Source: Candidatus Gastranaerophilales bacterium (lineage in GTDB: Bacteria > Cyanobacteriota > Vampirovibrionia > Gastranaerophilales > Gastranaerophilaceae). From it: DNA of 64,000 nt. The DNA lies in contig CAJOJE010000001.1 in NCBI GenBank assembly GCA_905234865.1, positions 114,021 through 178,020 of the forward strand. The letters run 5' to 3'. Below the pieces are notes generated by a model. The model made no database searches, had not been told where the DNA came from, and worked only from the letters and a program-made list of their open reading frames with translations. Both the position numbers and the translations under genes were made by a program. Shown one piece after another: positions 1 through 9,515 of the stretch (positions are counted from its first letter, which is position 1; every line of letters starts with the position of its first letter).

Positions 1-1
1 T

Positions 2-244
2 AACCGAATAAAAAACTTTTTCAAGTACACGAAAAACTATTTTGTTCGCAACAATCCCATAAAAGCATTCGCCGATGAATTCGTAATGGCCTTAAAAAAC
101 GTATTATCAATGCGTAAAAAGCAAAAGCTTGTTAAGTATCGTCTTAACTATCAAATGGGTAAGTTAAAACAAATGGAGAAGTTAATTGCAGCAAATAATG
201 ACCATGTTTTCTTAAAAGGAAGAAAATTCAACGAAATGAGATAA
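2..244 (+). CDS. hypothetical protein, C-terminal fragment (open at window start)
   Basis: Frame 2 is open from the window edge to TAA at 242-244. K/R-rich helical sequence with no recognisable family. Confidence 0.3.
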   Translation, partial: NRIKNFFKYTKNYFVRNNPIKAFADEFVMALKNVLSMRKKQKLVKYRLNYQMGKLKQMEKLIAANNDHVFLKGRKFNEMR

Positions 245-250
245 GCGAAA

Positions 251-577
251 ATGGGTCTTTTAATTGCCATTGCAAGAAAGGTACAACTTAATAGCTTAAG
301 GTTTGAATACGAGCATAAGCAAATTGCAATTTCTCGTGTAAGATCGTCTTTGTCGAATAAAATTTCCGATTATCAGATGATTTTAGCCGATTATGATGCC
401 AATTCGCCCGAATATAAAAAGTTTAACCAAAAAATCGAAAGATTAAATCAGGTTGAAAAACGCCTTAACGAGCAATTAACTAAAATTCAAAACGATCTCC
501 AAATGGTTGAAGCCGAATACAGGCTTTGCGATCAAATGATACAAAGTAATATTCAAAGGCTATATTCAGGACACTAG
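251..577 (+). CDS. hypothetical coiled-coil protein
   Basis: 108 aa ORF with heptad-like, Q/E/K/L-rich sequence. No recognisable family. Confidence 0.4.
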   Translation: MGLLIAIARKVQLNSLRFEYEHKQIAISRVRSSLSNKISDYQMILADYDANSPEYKKFNQKIERLNQVEKRLNEQLTKIQNDLQMVEAEYRLCDQMIQSNIQRLYSGH

Positions 578-579
578 AT

Positions 580-1170
580 TTAAAATTTCAAGTTTTCTTC
601 ATTAAGCGGTTGTTCGACATAAATCCCCTCGCCACCTATGTATTCGGCTTTTTTGCCTTCAATGTAAAGGTATACCGGTTTATCTTTTTTATAATAGTTG
701 ACCGTTTTAACAAGCTGAAGTAATCTCGCCTGAATGCTTTGTGCGCCTCCGCCTTCCTCAAATTCTTTTGAAAGATTTATCATAATTGAATCGGCATCTT
801 CCTTAAAAGATAATAATTTTGTATTTTTAGGTATTTCAGAATAATACCCGTCCAGTCTTTCTTGTCTTTCCGAGCCTTTTACAAGTTCCTTTAAGGCATT
901 TTCGAGGTTATTTTCATTTGCTTTTCTTTTCTTTGTTTTTGGAACATTTTCTGAATTTAGCATAAAAATTATGACTTCGTTTGAATTTCCTTCGTCTGTC
1001 GGGCGAATTTTAACCGCTTCATGAAAATTTTTATCATTTAATTTTAAATTCGGCTCATAGCTTTCTTTTCCGACAAATGCCCATATAAAATATCCAAGGC
1101 AAATAACAACGGTTATTAAAAATGTTCGTATAAAAAGCCCCATAAACTCTCCAAAATCAGTATTAACCAA
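580..1170 (-). CDS. membrane-anchored GerMN-domain-like protein
   Basis: N-terminal TM helix. The C-terminal segment (..EEGGGAQSIQARLLQLVKTV..PVYLYIEGK..) resembles GerMN/sporulation-germination-like domains. Confidence 0.5.
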   Translation of the reverse strand: MVNTDFGEFMGLFIRTFLITVVICLGYFIWAFVGKESYEPNLKLNDKNFHEAVKIRPTDEGNSNEVIIFMLNSENVPKTKKRKANENNLENALKELVKGSERQERLDGYYSEIPKNTKLLSFKEDADSIMINLSKEFEEGGGAQSIQARLLQLVKTVNYYKKDKPVYLYIEGKKAEYIGGEGIYVEQPLNEENLKF

Positions 1171-2047
1171 AAAATTTTTTGATTTTTATTTTATTATCTG
1201 ACAAAACGCCGATTGATACAAGTTTGTTATCAAAAATTAAAAAAACAGGCTCATTTTTTCGTATGTTTTTTGCATTGTGAGGAAAATTAATTGCTATGCC
1301 GTTTTTAACCATATTGTAATTTTTTATGTCAATTGTGATTTTATTGTTAATGATTGCATCTGTGGGGTTGATTGAGATGTTTTCAATATTGTCTTTTGTT
1401 ACATCTTCAATTTTAATCGAATTTTGTATTGAAAAATTTCCGCATTTTGTTCTTGTTAATTTTGTAAGGTATGCTTTTGTATTTAATTTTTTAGCGATAT
1501 CCTCCGCTAAAGTTCTTATATATGTTCCTTTTGAACAATTAACAAGGATTTTTGCCGTATAATTTTTGCAATCAAAATCTTGTAAAGCTATATTAAAAAT
1601 TTCAATTGTTCTTTTTGGAATTTCAATTTCTTTTTCGGGATTTTTTCTTGCTACATCGCACAGTTTTTTCCCTTGAACCTTTATTGCGGAAAATTTTGGA
1701 GGAGTTTGCTCTATTTTTCCGATAAATTCTTTTAATATTGATGTTAAATCATTTTTTGTAAAATGCGGAATTGTTTCACATTTTGTGATTTCGCCTTCTC
1801 TGTCAAGCGTGTTTGAAGTATAGCCGAATTGAATTTCTGCAATGTATTCTTTGTCGGAAGGAAGATAATCCAATAACTTCGAGGCTTTATTTATTCCTAT
1901 TTGTAAGACACCGTCCGCCATGGGGTCAAGAGTTCCCGAGTGTCCGATTTTTTTAATGTTTAATATTTTTCTCAACTTGTAAATAACGTCAAAAGATGTT
2001 ATTCCTTCGGGCTTATAGATGTTTAAAAAACAAAAGACGTTATCCAA
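1163..2047 (-). CDS. truB: tRNA pseudouridine(55) synthase TruB
   Basis: GHSGTLDPMADGVL catalytic-Asp motif and 294 aa length. Lies in the conserved infB-rbfA-truB order. Confidence 0.95.
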   Translation of the reverse strand: MDNVFCFLNIYKPEGITSFDVIYKLRKILNIKKIGHSGTLDPMADGVLQIGINKASKLLDYLPSDKEYIAEIQFGYTSNTLDREGEITKCETIPHFTKNDLTSILKEFIGKIEQTPPKFSAIKVQGKKLCDVARKNPEKEIEIPKRTIEIFNIALQDFDCKNYTAKILVNCSKGTYIRTLAEDIAKKLNTKAYLTKLTRTKCGNFSIQNSIKIEDVTKDNIENISINPTDAIINNKITIDIKNYNMVKNGIAINFPHNAKNIRKNEPVFLIFDNKLVSIGVLSDNKIKIKKFFG

Positions 2048-2048
2048 A

Positions 2049-2402
2049 TTAAAGCTCGCCCTTTGAAATTTTGTCTATTAAATCGGAAATCCTTGCGCCT
2101 CTTTCTAAAGATTCGTCTAAAATAAAATTTAGTTCGGGTGTTAATCTTAAACGAACTCTTTTTCCGATTTCATATCTGATTTTGGGTGTATTTTTTTGTA
2201 TGGCTTCTTTAATTTCTTCTTTTTTCTTGTCGTCTGAAGCTAAAACGCTGTAATATATTTTTGCATAAGAATTATCATGTGATACTTCAACATCGGTTAT
2301 TGAAACCAATCCCGAAATTTTAGGGTCTTTAATATCTCTTAAAAGGACGTCGGAAATTTCTTTCATTAAAGTTTTTCTGACTCTTTCATTTCTTAATGTC
2401 AT
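2049..2402 (-). CDS. rbfA: ribosome-binding factor A
   Basis: 117 aa with RbfA-like sequence (RVRKTLMKEISDVL...TDVEVS.D...AKIYYS), located between infB and truB. Confidence 0.9.
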   Translation of the reverse strand: MTLRNERVRKTLMKEISDVLLRDIKDPKISGLVSITDVEVSHDNSYAKIYYSVLASDDKKKEEIKEAIQKNTPKIRYEIGKRVRLRLTPELNFILDESLERGARISDLIDKISKGEL

Positions 2403-2411
2403 TTGATAATC

Positions 2412-5012
2412 CTATTCTAAACTGCTTCTTTCAACTTCTTTCGTCGTTGAAACTTCGATGATGTCGCCAACTTCTATATCGTTAAATTTAAAGAAGGAAA
2501 TTCCGCATTCAAAACCTGTTGCAACTTCTTTAACGTCATCTTTGAAACGTTTAAGCTGGTCGATTTCACCTTTAAATATTTCAACATTATTTCTTTTAAC
2601 GATTGCTTGTTTTGAACGGACGATTTTTCCTTCCGTAACGTAGCAGCCTGCAATTCTGGTTGTTTTTCCGATTGTGAAAATTTGTCTTACTTCGGCTTTA
2701 CCGAGTTCGACTTCTTCAATAACGGGCGCCAAAAGTGAGAGCATTGTCTTTTCGACATCTTCTAACACCTGATAAATGATATCATACTTTTTGATTTTAA
2801 CACCTTCTCTGTCTGCTGCCATTATTGCGTTTGAATCTTCTTTAACGGTGAAGCCCAAAATAATTGCGTCCGATGCCGAAGCAAGCATAACATCAGCTTC
2901 CGAAATATCACCTACGCCGACGTGGATAATTTTTGGAACGATTTTTGATGATTTAACGTTTTGAATTGCTTGTGAAACTGCTTCTGCCGAACCGTTCGTG
3001 TTTGCTTTAATGATAAGATTTAAGTTAATAATTTCATCATTGCTTAAAGTTTCTTTTGTAACATGGGATACCGCCATTGCTTCAAGTCTTGTCGTTCTTT
3101 CTTTGAGTTTTCTCTCTTGAACTATTCTTTTCATTTCTCGTTCATTTTCAACGACTTCAAGCCTGTCGCCCGCTTGAGGAACTTCATTTAATCCTAAAAT
3201 TTCAACAGGTGTTGAAGGTCCGACTGATTTAACTCGTCTGCCCGAATCGTCGATTAAAGCTCTTGCTTTACCGCCCACATTTCCTACAACTATTGAATCT
3301 TTAACCGTTAATGTTCCGTTTTGAATTAAAACGTGCGCAACCGGTCCTTTACCTTTATCAAGGTTTGCTTCGATTACAATACCCATTGCGGGACAATCTT
3401 CAACCGCTTTTAATTCCTGCATGTCGGAAACAAGAAGAATATATTCCAAAAGTTCGTCAATGCCTTTTCCTTGAAGCGCTGAAACATAGACCGCAATTGT
3501 ATCTCCGCCCCAACTTTCGGGAACAAGCCCGTATTCGGTTAACTGTTGCAAGACTTTATCGGGGTTGGCATCGGGCTTGTCAATCTTGTTTACGGCAACA
3601 ATAATCGGAACTCCGGCTGATTTTGCATGGTTTATTGCTTCAACCGTCTGAGGCATAACCCCGTCATCTGCCGCAACGACCAAAATTACAACGTCTGTTG
3701 ACTGTGCGCCTCTTGCTCTCATTTGAGTGAAAGCTTCATGACCGGGCGTATCAATAAAGACAATTTTTCTGTCGTTTAAGAATACCGTATAAGCGCCTAT
3801 GCTTTGAGTAATTCCGCCTACTTCGGTTGATACTATTTTATGTTTTAGAGCACGAATGCTGTCCAACAGAGTTGTCTTACCATGGTCAACATGTCCCATA
3901 ATCGTAACGACGGGCGCTCTTTTAACAAGTTTGCTCTCGTCTGTGTTTTTAATAATGTTTGAAAATTCTTCTTTTTCGATTTCTTCTTCCATAAAGGTTT
4001 CCAAATCTTCGTCCAAAACCTTTATTTCAAAATTTTCCGCAACTTTTTTTGCCGTTTCGACGTCGATAGGCGAATTAACCGTAACGAGAATTTTTTGCAT
4101 CATTAAATATTTAATGATTTCGGCAGGTGTTTTTCTTATTTTGCCTGCCAGTTCGTTAACCGTAACGGGGTGATTAATAACTACTTCCGTTACGTCTTCA
4201 AGTTGTGCGGTTGTTTGAGTATGTTTTTTGTGTTTTTGTTGAACCGCTTTTTCAAGACTTATTCTTTCCTGTTCTTCTTCCTTATTTTTATAAGATTTAT
4301 CTTTTTTCTTTTTCTTTCCTCTCAAGCCTTGATTTTGGTAGATATCTTGAGAAATCATATGCCTTACGACCGGCGCTTTTGAGCTTTTATTCTCCTGTTC
4401 GCCGCCTTGCTTTTTCTTTTCGTTTTCTTTCTCTTTTTTATCCTGAGATTTTTCTTCAGCCTGCTTTTTGTTTTCAATATTTTTTTTACCGAAATTCTTC
4501 TTAATCATTGAAGGAATATCGGGTGTTCTTTCGATAACCGGCTTTTTAATTTCAATTTTTACTTCTTTTTTAGTTTCCGTCTTCGTATCTTCTTTAAGTG
4601 CTTCGGGCTTAACTTCAGGCTTTACGGGCTCTTTTTTCTGTTTATGAGAAGTTGAAACCGGAGCAGGACGAACAATTTCTAATTTTGATTTCATTCTTTT
4701 CGGCTCAATAATTTTTAAGCCCTTTTCAATAACGGGAGTTTGAACATTTTCCGCCTTTTTCTCTATCGTCGATTCTTGTTTTTCTTCTTTAACTTCGGTT
4801 TTTGGTTTTTCTTTAACTTTTTTAACAACAAACGCTTTTGGTTTTGCTTTTTTGTCCGACGGATGTTTTATGAAATTTCTGATTTTAATGGCAGTATCCG
4901 GAGTAACGGAAGCACTATGGGATTTAAACGTTATCCCAAGTCCCGCCTCAACTTTAGTCATCAGCTCTTTTGCCGTTAAATTTAATTCATCTGCCAGTTC
5001 GTGTACTCTCAT
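2412..5012 (-). CDS. infB: translation initiation factor IF-2
   Basis: 866 aa. K/E-rich N-terminal region, GTPase motifs (GHVDHGKTTLLD, DTPGH, NKID) and IF-2 C-terminal domains. Confidence 0.97.
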   Translation of the reverse strand: MRVHELADELNLTAKELMTKVEAGLGITFKSHSASVTPDTAIKIRNFIKHPSDKKAKPKAFVVKKVKEKPKTEVKEEKQESTIEKKAENVQTPVIEKGLKIIEPKRMKSKLEIVRPAPVSTSHKQKKEPVKPEVKPEALKEDTKTETKKEVKIEIKKPVIERTPDIPSMIKKNFGKKNIENKKQAEEKSQDKKEKENEKKKQGGEQENKSSKAPVVRHMISQDIYQNQGLRGKKKKKDKSYKNKEEEQERISLEKAVQQKHKKHTQTTAQLEDVTEVVINHPVTVNELAGKIRKTPAEIIKYLMMQKILVTVNSPIDVETAKKVAENFEIKVLDEDLETFMEEEIEKEEFSNIIKNTDESKLVKRAPVVTIMGHVDHGKTTLLDSIRALKHKIVSTEVGGITQSIGAYTVFLNDRKIVFIDTPGHEAFTQMRARGAQSTDVVILVVAADDGVMPQTVEAINHAKSAGVPIIVAVNKIDKPDANPDKVLQQLTEYGLVPESWGGDTIAVYVSALQGKGIDELLEYILLVSDMQELKAVEDCPAMGIVIEANLDKGKGPVAHVLIQNGTLTVKDSIVVGNVGGKARALIDDSGRRVKSVGPSTPVEILGLNEVPQAGDRLEVVENEREMKRIVQERKLKERTTRLEAMAVSHVTKETLSNDEIINLNLIIKANTNGSAEAVSQAIQNVKSSKIVPKIIHVGVGDISEADVMLASASDAIILGFTVKEDSNAIMAADREGVKIKKYDIIYQVLEDVEKTMLSLLAPVIEEVELGKAEVRQIFTIGKTTRIAGCYVTEGKIVRSKQAIVKRNNVEIFKGEIDQLKRFKDDVKEVATGFECGISFFKFNDIEVGDIIEVSTTKEVERSSLE

Positions 5013-5079
5013 AATTGCCTTTTTTCCTTAACTAAAACTAATTTAACACAAGTATGAAGAATAGTACAGTCCTTAATAT

Positions 5080-5781
5080 TTATTCGTAAAATTCTTGAAC
5101 GTCAATTTTTTGGATACAGTTTGTTTCTTTGAAAATTTTATTAATGGTAATTAAATTTTTTCTTGTCGTAACCATTAGTTTAATTACGTAGTTATTATCG
5201 CTTCCGAGCTTATTTTCAAGCTTTGAGATATTTTTGAAATTGTCTGCGATTAAATTTTGTATGCATTCAAGATTTTCAATTGTACACTGTATTGAAATTT
5301 TTACCGTTCTGTATTTTTTCAGATAATCGGATAAAAATCTTCTTTCAAATTGTCTTATGATAATTAAAACAAATAACGTCATAAGAGTTGCAAAAAACGC
5401 AACGGAAAACATTCCGCATCCGCATGCCATACCTATCGCTGCAGCCATCCAAAGAGTTGCGGCGGTTGTTATACCTAAAATGTTTGCCCCTGTTCTTAAA
5501 ATTGTTCCTGCGCCTATAAAGCCTATACCCGTTATTATTTGAGCGCCGATTCTTGCAGGATCGTTTACGCCCGAATATCCCTCAATTACGTGCATTCTAA
5601 AGCCGTAAATCGACAAAAGCGTAAAAACACATGCGCCCGCACAAACTAAAATATGTGTTCTTAATCCTGCGACTTTACCCGTCAGCTCTCTTTCGGTTCC
5701 AAGCAAGGAAGCCAGAATTATTGATATGGCTATTCTTACCGATGTCATTGCGTAAAAATCTAAATCGTAATTAAATTCCAT
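5080..5781 (-). CDS. MgtC/SapB family membrane protein
   Basis: LGTERELTGKVAGLRTHILV motif, several TM helices and a soluble ACT-like C-terminal domain, typical of the MgtC family. Confidence 0.85.
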   Translation of the reverse strand: MEFNYDLDFYAMTSVRIAISIILASLLGTERELTGKVAGLRTHILVCAGACVFTLLSIYGFRMHVIEGYSGVNDPARIGAQIITGIGFIGAGTILRTGANILGITTAATLWMAAAIGMACGCGMFSVAFFATLMTLFVLIIIRQFERRFLSDYLKKYRTVKISIQCTIENLECIQNLIADNFKNISKLENKLGSDNNYVIKLMVTTRKNLITINKIFKETNCIQKIDVQEFYE

Positions 5782-5783
5782 TC

Positions 5784-6842
5784 TTACCTTCCGATTTCAC
5801 TTTTTGGGTCAAGCACATCTCTAATTGTATCGCCTATTATGTTGTATGACAAAACTGCAATAAAAATTAAAAATCCGGGAGTTAAAAGCCAAGGTCTGTA
5901 TAAAATATTGTAAAACTCCTGAGCTTCTTTAAGCATATTTCCCCAGCTTGCATCGGGCTGTTGTATTCCAAGCCCCAGAAAACTTAATCCTGATTCCGCC
6001 AAGATAAAACCGGGGATTGAAAGAGCTATTGCAATTATGACATAGCTTGATGTTTGCGGAAGAATATGTTTTAAAATTATTTTCAGGTTTGATTGTCCTA
6101 TGCTTTTTGCGGCTTTTATATAATCCTCGTTTTTGATTGATAAGACCATTCCTCTTACCACTCTTGAAAATCCTGCCCAGCCGATAAATGCCAAAATTAC
6201 GGTAATCAATGCAAACCTCTCCGAGCTTGTCATATTTGAGGGTAAAATTGCCGCCAATATTATTAAAAGGTAGAATGTGGGAATTGACATAACGGCTTCC
6301 GCTATTCTCATTAAGACGTTATCAATCATTCCGCCGAAATACCCTGAAATTCCGCCATAAATAAGACCGATTGGAAATGAGATAAAAAGCGCCAAAAAGC
6401 CGATTGTAAGAGAAATTCTTCCGCCGTATAACAGTCTTGAAAAATTATCTCTTCCGTTTATATCGCACCCTAAAAGGTGTAATTCTCCGCCGTTATCGGT
6501 TGTTATGAAATGTTTTTTTGTTTTAAAAACTCCGAACAGTTTATATTCAAATCCGTCAGAAAAAAATTTTACATAGTGTCTTTTGGTTCTATCTTCACGA
6601 AAATCCGTACTTAAAGTTTTGGGGTTAAACTCACGAATTAAATTATATGTATAAGGTTTTGAAAATTTCCCTTCCGGCGTGATTGTGTAAATTACACTGG
6701 GCGGAGCGTAGGAAAGTTTTCTGTTTGAATAATTTTTTTCATAAGGTGATAAAAAACTTGCAAATAAAATACAAACATATAAAACAATTAGAACAATAAA
6801 AGCAACGAGGCTTATTTTTTCTTTTTTGAAATTGATATTCAT
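5784..6842 (-). CDS. ABC transporter permease, OppC/DppC-like
   Basis: N-terminal TM helix plus long periplasmic loop. BPD-transporter signature region (..KAAKSIGQSNLKIILKHILPQ..). Confidence 0.85.
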   Translation of the reverse strand: MNINFKKEKISLVAFIVLIVLYVCILFASFLSPYEKNYSNRKLSYAPPSVIYTITPEGKFSKPYTYNLIREFNPKTLSTDFREDRTKRHYVKFFSDGFEYKLFGVFKTKKHFITTDNGGELHLLGCDINGRDNFSRLLYGGRISLTIGFLALFISFPIGLIYGGISGYFGGMIDNVLMRIAEAVMSIPTFYLLIILAAILPSNMTSSERFALITVILAFIGWAGFSRVVRGMVLSIKNEDYIKAAKSIGQSNLKIILKHILPQTSSYVIIAIALSIPGFILAESGLSFLGLGIQQPDASWGNMLKEAQEFYNILYRPWLLTPGFLIFIAVLSYNIIGDTIRDVLDPKSEIGR

Positions 6843-7810
6843 TAGTCGGCCCTCACTCTGGGGTCAGTTATTCTAAGTAAAATGTCCGAAATTATATTTC
6901 CCGAAACAAGCATGAAAGAACCTATTACAAGCCCTGCCATAACAAGATTTATATCCGATTTCATAACTGCTTCCAAAATTAACCTTCCGAGCCCCGGATA
7001 TTGAAAAACGTATTCCGTTAAGGCGGCGCCTGAAAGTAATCCCGCAAATTCAAACCCGAGCATCGTAATTAAAGGATTAATCGCATTTCTCAGCGCATGG
7101 TTTATTATAACTTTTTTTCTTCCGATACCTTTTGATATTGCATATTTAACATAGTCAGAATCAAGGGTATCCAATAAATTTGCTCTCATTTGTCTGGATA
7201 CCCCCGCAAGGGAGAGTGTGCATAAAACAAATGTCGGCAAAAAAAGGTGATGAAGAATATCGGTTATTTTTTGCAAAACCGTCATATTGTAAAAATTCGG
7301 GCTTGTCAGTCCTCCAATCGGGAATAAACCTGTTTTTTGGGCAAAGATTAACATTAAAACGGCAAAAAAGAACGAAGGAATTGCCATGCCTGCGCTTGAA
7401 AAAAGTGTTAATAATCTGTCAAATTTGCTTCTGTAATTAAGGGCGGCAATAATACCAATCGGTATTCCGATAAGCCACGTCCAAAAGATTACGTTAACGG
7501 ACAATAAAAGCGTATTAAGCGCTCTTTCTTTGATTTTTACGGAAACTTTTTCACCCGTAGTTGTTGTTCCCATGTCGCCTTTTATAAAATTTTTGCCCCA
7601 AATGAAATACTGTACCATAACGGGTTTATCAAGCCCCAATCGCTTTGTTTCGGCTTCAATCGTCTGTTTTGAAACGGATGGATTTAACCTCATTTCTCCT
7701 AAAGGATCAACGGGAGATAATCTTATTAAGAAAAAACTTATTAATGTTACCAAAATAAGAATCGGAATACTTTGTAAAATTCTTTTTAATATGTAGTACC
7801 AAATTGACAT
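6842..7810 (-). CDS. ABC transporter permease, OppB/DppB-like
   Basis: Typical OppB N-terminus (YILKRILQSIPILILVTLISFFLIRLSP.DP) and the EAA-like loop (DYVKYAISKGIGRKKVIINHALRNA). Confidence 0.85.
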   Translation of the reverse strand: MSIWYYILKRILQSIPILILVTLISFFLIRLSPVDPLGEMRLNPSVSKQTIEAETKRLGLDKPVMVQYFIWGKNFIKGDMGTTTTGEKVSVKIKERALNTLLLSVNVIFWTWLIGIPIGIIAALNYRSKFDRLLTLFSSAGMAIPSFFFAVLMLIFAQKTGLFPIGGLTSPNFYNMTVLQKITDILHHLFLPTFVLCTLSLAGVSRQMRANLLDTLDSDYVKYAISKGIGRKKVIINHALRNAINPLITMLGFEFAGLLSGAALTEYVFQYPGLGRLILEAVMKSDINLVMAGLVIGSFMLVSGNIISDILLRITDPRVRAD

Positions 7811-7861
7811 AAAATTAATTCTAAATAAAAATAAAGTATTTATAAATCGGAAACCATGACA

Positions 7862-9457
7862 TTATTCAAACAGGCTGTTTAGCCTGTCTTGAATTTCGTT
7901 TGAATCCATTTCTTTTGTTATTTGATTAATATCAAGCGCCGCTCTGTAATATTTAGCTGCCTCAACTTTTTCGCCCTTAATTGAAAGACATCTTGCATAG
8001 TTATAATGCGCAAGGGCATAATTCGGGTCATATTCTAGGGCGTTTTTAAAGCAATCAGCCGCTTTTTGAATTTGAGCCAAATCGTCAAGATATATAACAC
8101 CTAAATTGTTATGTGCAATAGCGTAATCGGGCGCATATTTAATGGATAAATCGTATTCCGCAATGGCTTCCGTTAAATTACCCAAGCCCCACAGTAAAAA
8201 TCCTAAATTGCAATGGATTTTAGCATTCTTCGGGTCAAGTTCTATTGCACGTCTGTAAACCTTTAGGGCATTAACGTAATCCTCTTTTTCATAGAATGCG
8301 GCACCAAGCCCTATATATACCTCTAAGTTTGATGTATCCATAATGTATGCTGCAAGAAAAGCAAGAACCGCAGCTTCATTATTTTCAATAAAATGCTGAA
8401 GCAAAAATCCTAAAGTTTGAGCAACTTCGGGTGCTTTTTGATGAGCAGGATTGAGTAAAATTGCGCTTTGATAGTGCGAAACAGCTTTATTGTGTTCGCC
8501 TTTCATAAAATATAAATTTGCGATTTGACTGTGTAAAACGGGATTATTAGGGTGAATTGCGATAAATTTTTGATAAGTTTCAATAGCCGATTCGTACTCG
8601 CCCATTTCTTCATACGCTTGAACCAAGCCGACATAAGCGGGTAAATACAGGCTGTCTATCCAACGAGCCATTTTGTATTCTATAATTGCTTCTTCATGCC
8701 TCCCCAATACTCTGTAAATATCCCCCAAAAGGCAATATAAAGTGGTAAATCCCGGCATTTTATCAATCGCTTTGGAATAATACTCGATGGCTTCCGTATA
8801 TTTCCTTCTTTTAGAAGCCTTTGCCGCAAGGTATAATTCTTTTGCAATACCAAAAATCTTTAATTTTTTTTGTACGTCTTTTTTTGCTTCTTTATCAAAA
8901 GGCAAAGTTAAATAGCTCATAATGAGCTCATATATGCTTTGTAATTTTGAATTTTTCTTTGAGAAAAAAGCAATTCTTAAAAGTCTGTGTTTAAGATAAT
9001 GTATTCTCGAAGTATTTAAGAATGAGGTTTTAAGAGCTTTTTCCGTTTCTTCTAGTGCATCCGTATAACGTTCTTTTTTCTTGTAACAATTTGCAATCAT
9101 AAAATGGCATTGAGCTTTATTTGTTTTTTTATCTCTGAGCGCCATTTCGAAATAGTTTAACGCTCTGTCCAATTCGCCTTTATGATAGAAAGCAAATCCG
9201 ATTTTATAATATATTTCACCGTTATCCACAATGTTTTCGGCTGCTTTTTGGTATTGTAGAATTGCTTCATCTATGTATTGTTTTGCTTGATAAACATCAA
9301 GGTGCCAGTCCATGTATAAATCGCCGAGTTTAATGTTTAATTCGGGATTAGACGGTTCTTGAAGCAAAATTGACTGGCAATATTCGATTGCTTTTTGAAT
9401 TTCGCCTTTATGTTTAAATTTGTCTATTTTCTTATTTATTTGTTTTAAGTCAGTCAA
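7862..9457 (-). CDS. tetratricopeptide (TPR) repeat protein
   Basis: 531 aa of repeated A..Y..A-type 34-residue TPR units (e.g. AIEYYSKAIDKMPGF, ALKVYRRAIELDPKNA). Confidence 0.85.
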   Translation of the reverse strand: MTDLKQINKKIDKFKHKGEIQKAIEYCQSILLQEPSNPELNIKLGDLYMDWHLDVYQAKQYIDEAILQYQKAAENIVDNGEIYYKIGFAFYHKGELDRALNYFEMALRDKKTNKAQCHFMIANCYKKKERYTDALEETEKALKTSFLNTSRIHYLKHRLLRIAFFSKKNSKLQSIYELIMSYLTLPFDKEAKKDVQKKLKIFGIAKELYLAAKASKRRKYTEAIEYYSKAIDKMPGFTTLYCLLGDIYRVLGRHEEAIIEYKMARWIDSLYLPAYVGLVQAYEEMGEYESAIETYQKFIAIHPNNPVLHSQIANLYFMKGEHNKAVSHYQSAILLNPAHQKAPEVAQTLGFLLQHFIENNEAAVLAFLAAYIMDTSNLEVYIGLGAAFYEKEDYVNALKVYRRAIELDPKNAKIHCNLGFLLWGLGNLTEAIAEYDLSIKYAPDYAIAHNNLGVIYLDDLAQIQKAADCFKNALEYDPNYALAHYNYARCLSIKGEKVEAAKYYRAALDINQITKEMDSNEIQDRLNSLFE

Positions 9458-9515
9458 AATTATTTATTTCCTTCATTTGAAATTTTACGATATTGAACGT
9501 TTTCATGCAAATATA

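Noticed and set aside
1326-1562. Plus-strand ORFs inside truB, rbfA, the M16 peptidases, the AsmA-like genes, the GT5 gene, the hydrogenase genes and others listed in the track
   Set aside because: All are shorter antisense or off-frame ORFs within well-supported genes, and none shows recognisable motifs.
3311-4979. Plus-strand ORFs of 70-105 aa inside infB (e.g. 3311-3604, 3856-4173, 4170-4504, 4740-4979)
   Set aside because: These are antisense shadows of a strongly supported gene. Their translations are low-complexity F/L/S-rich with no motifs.
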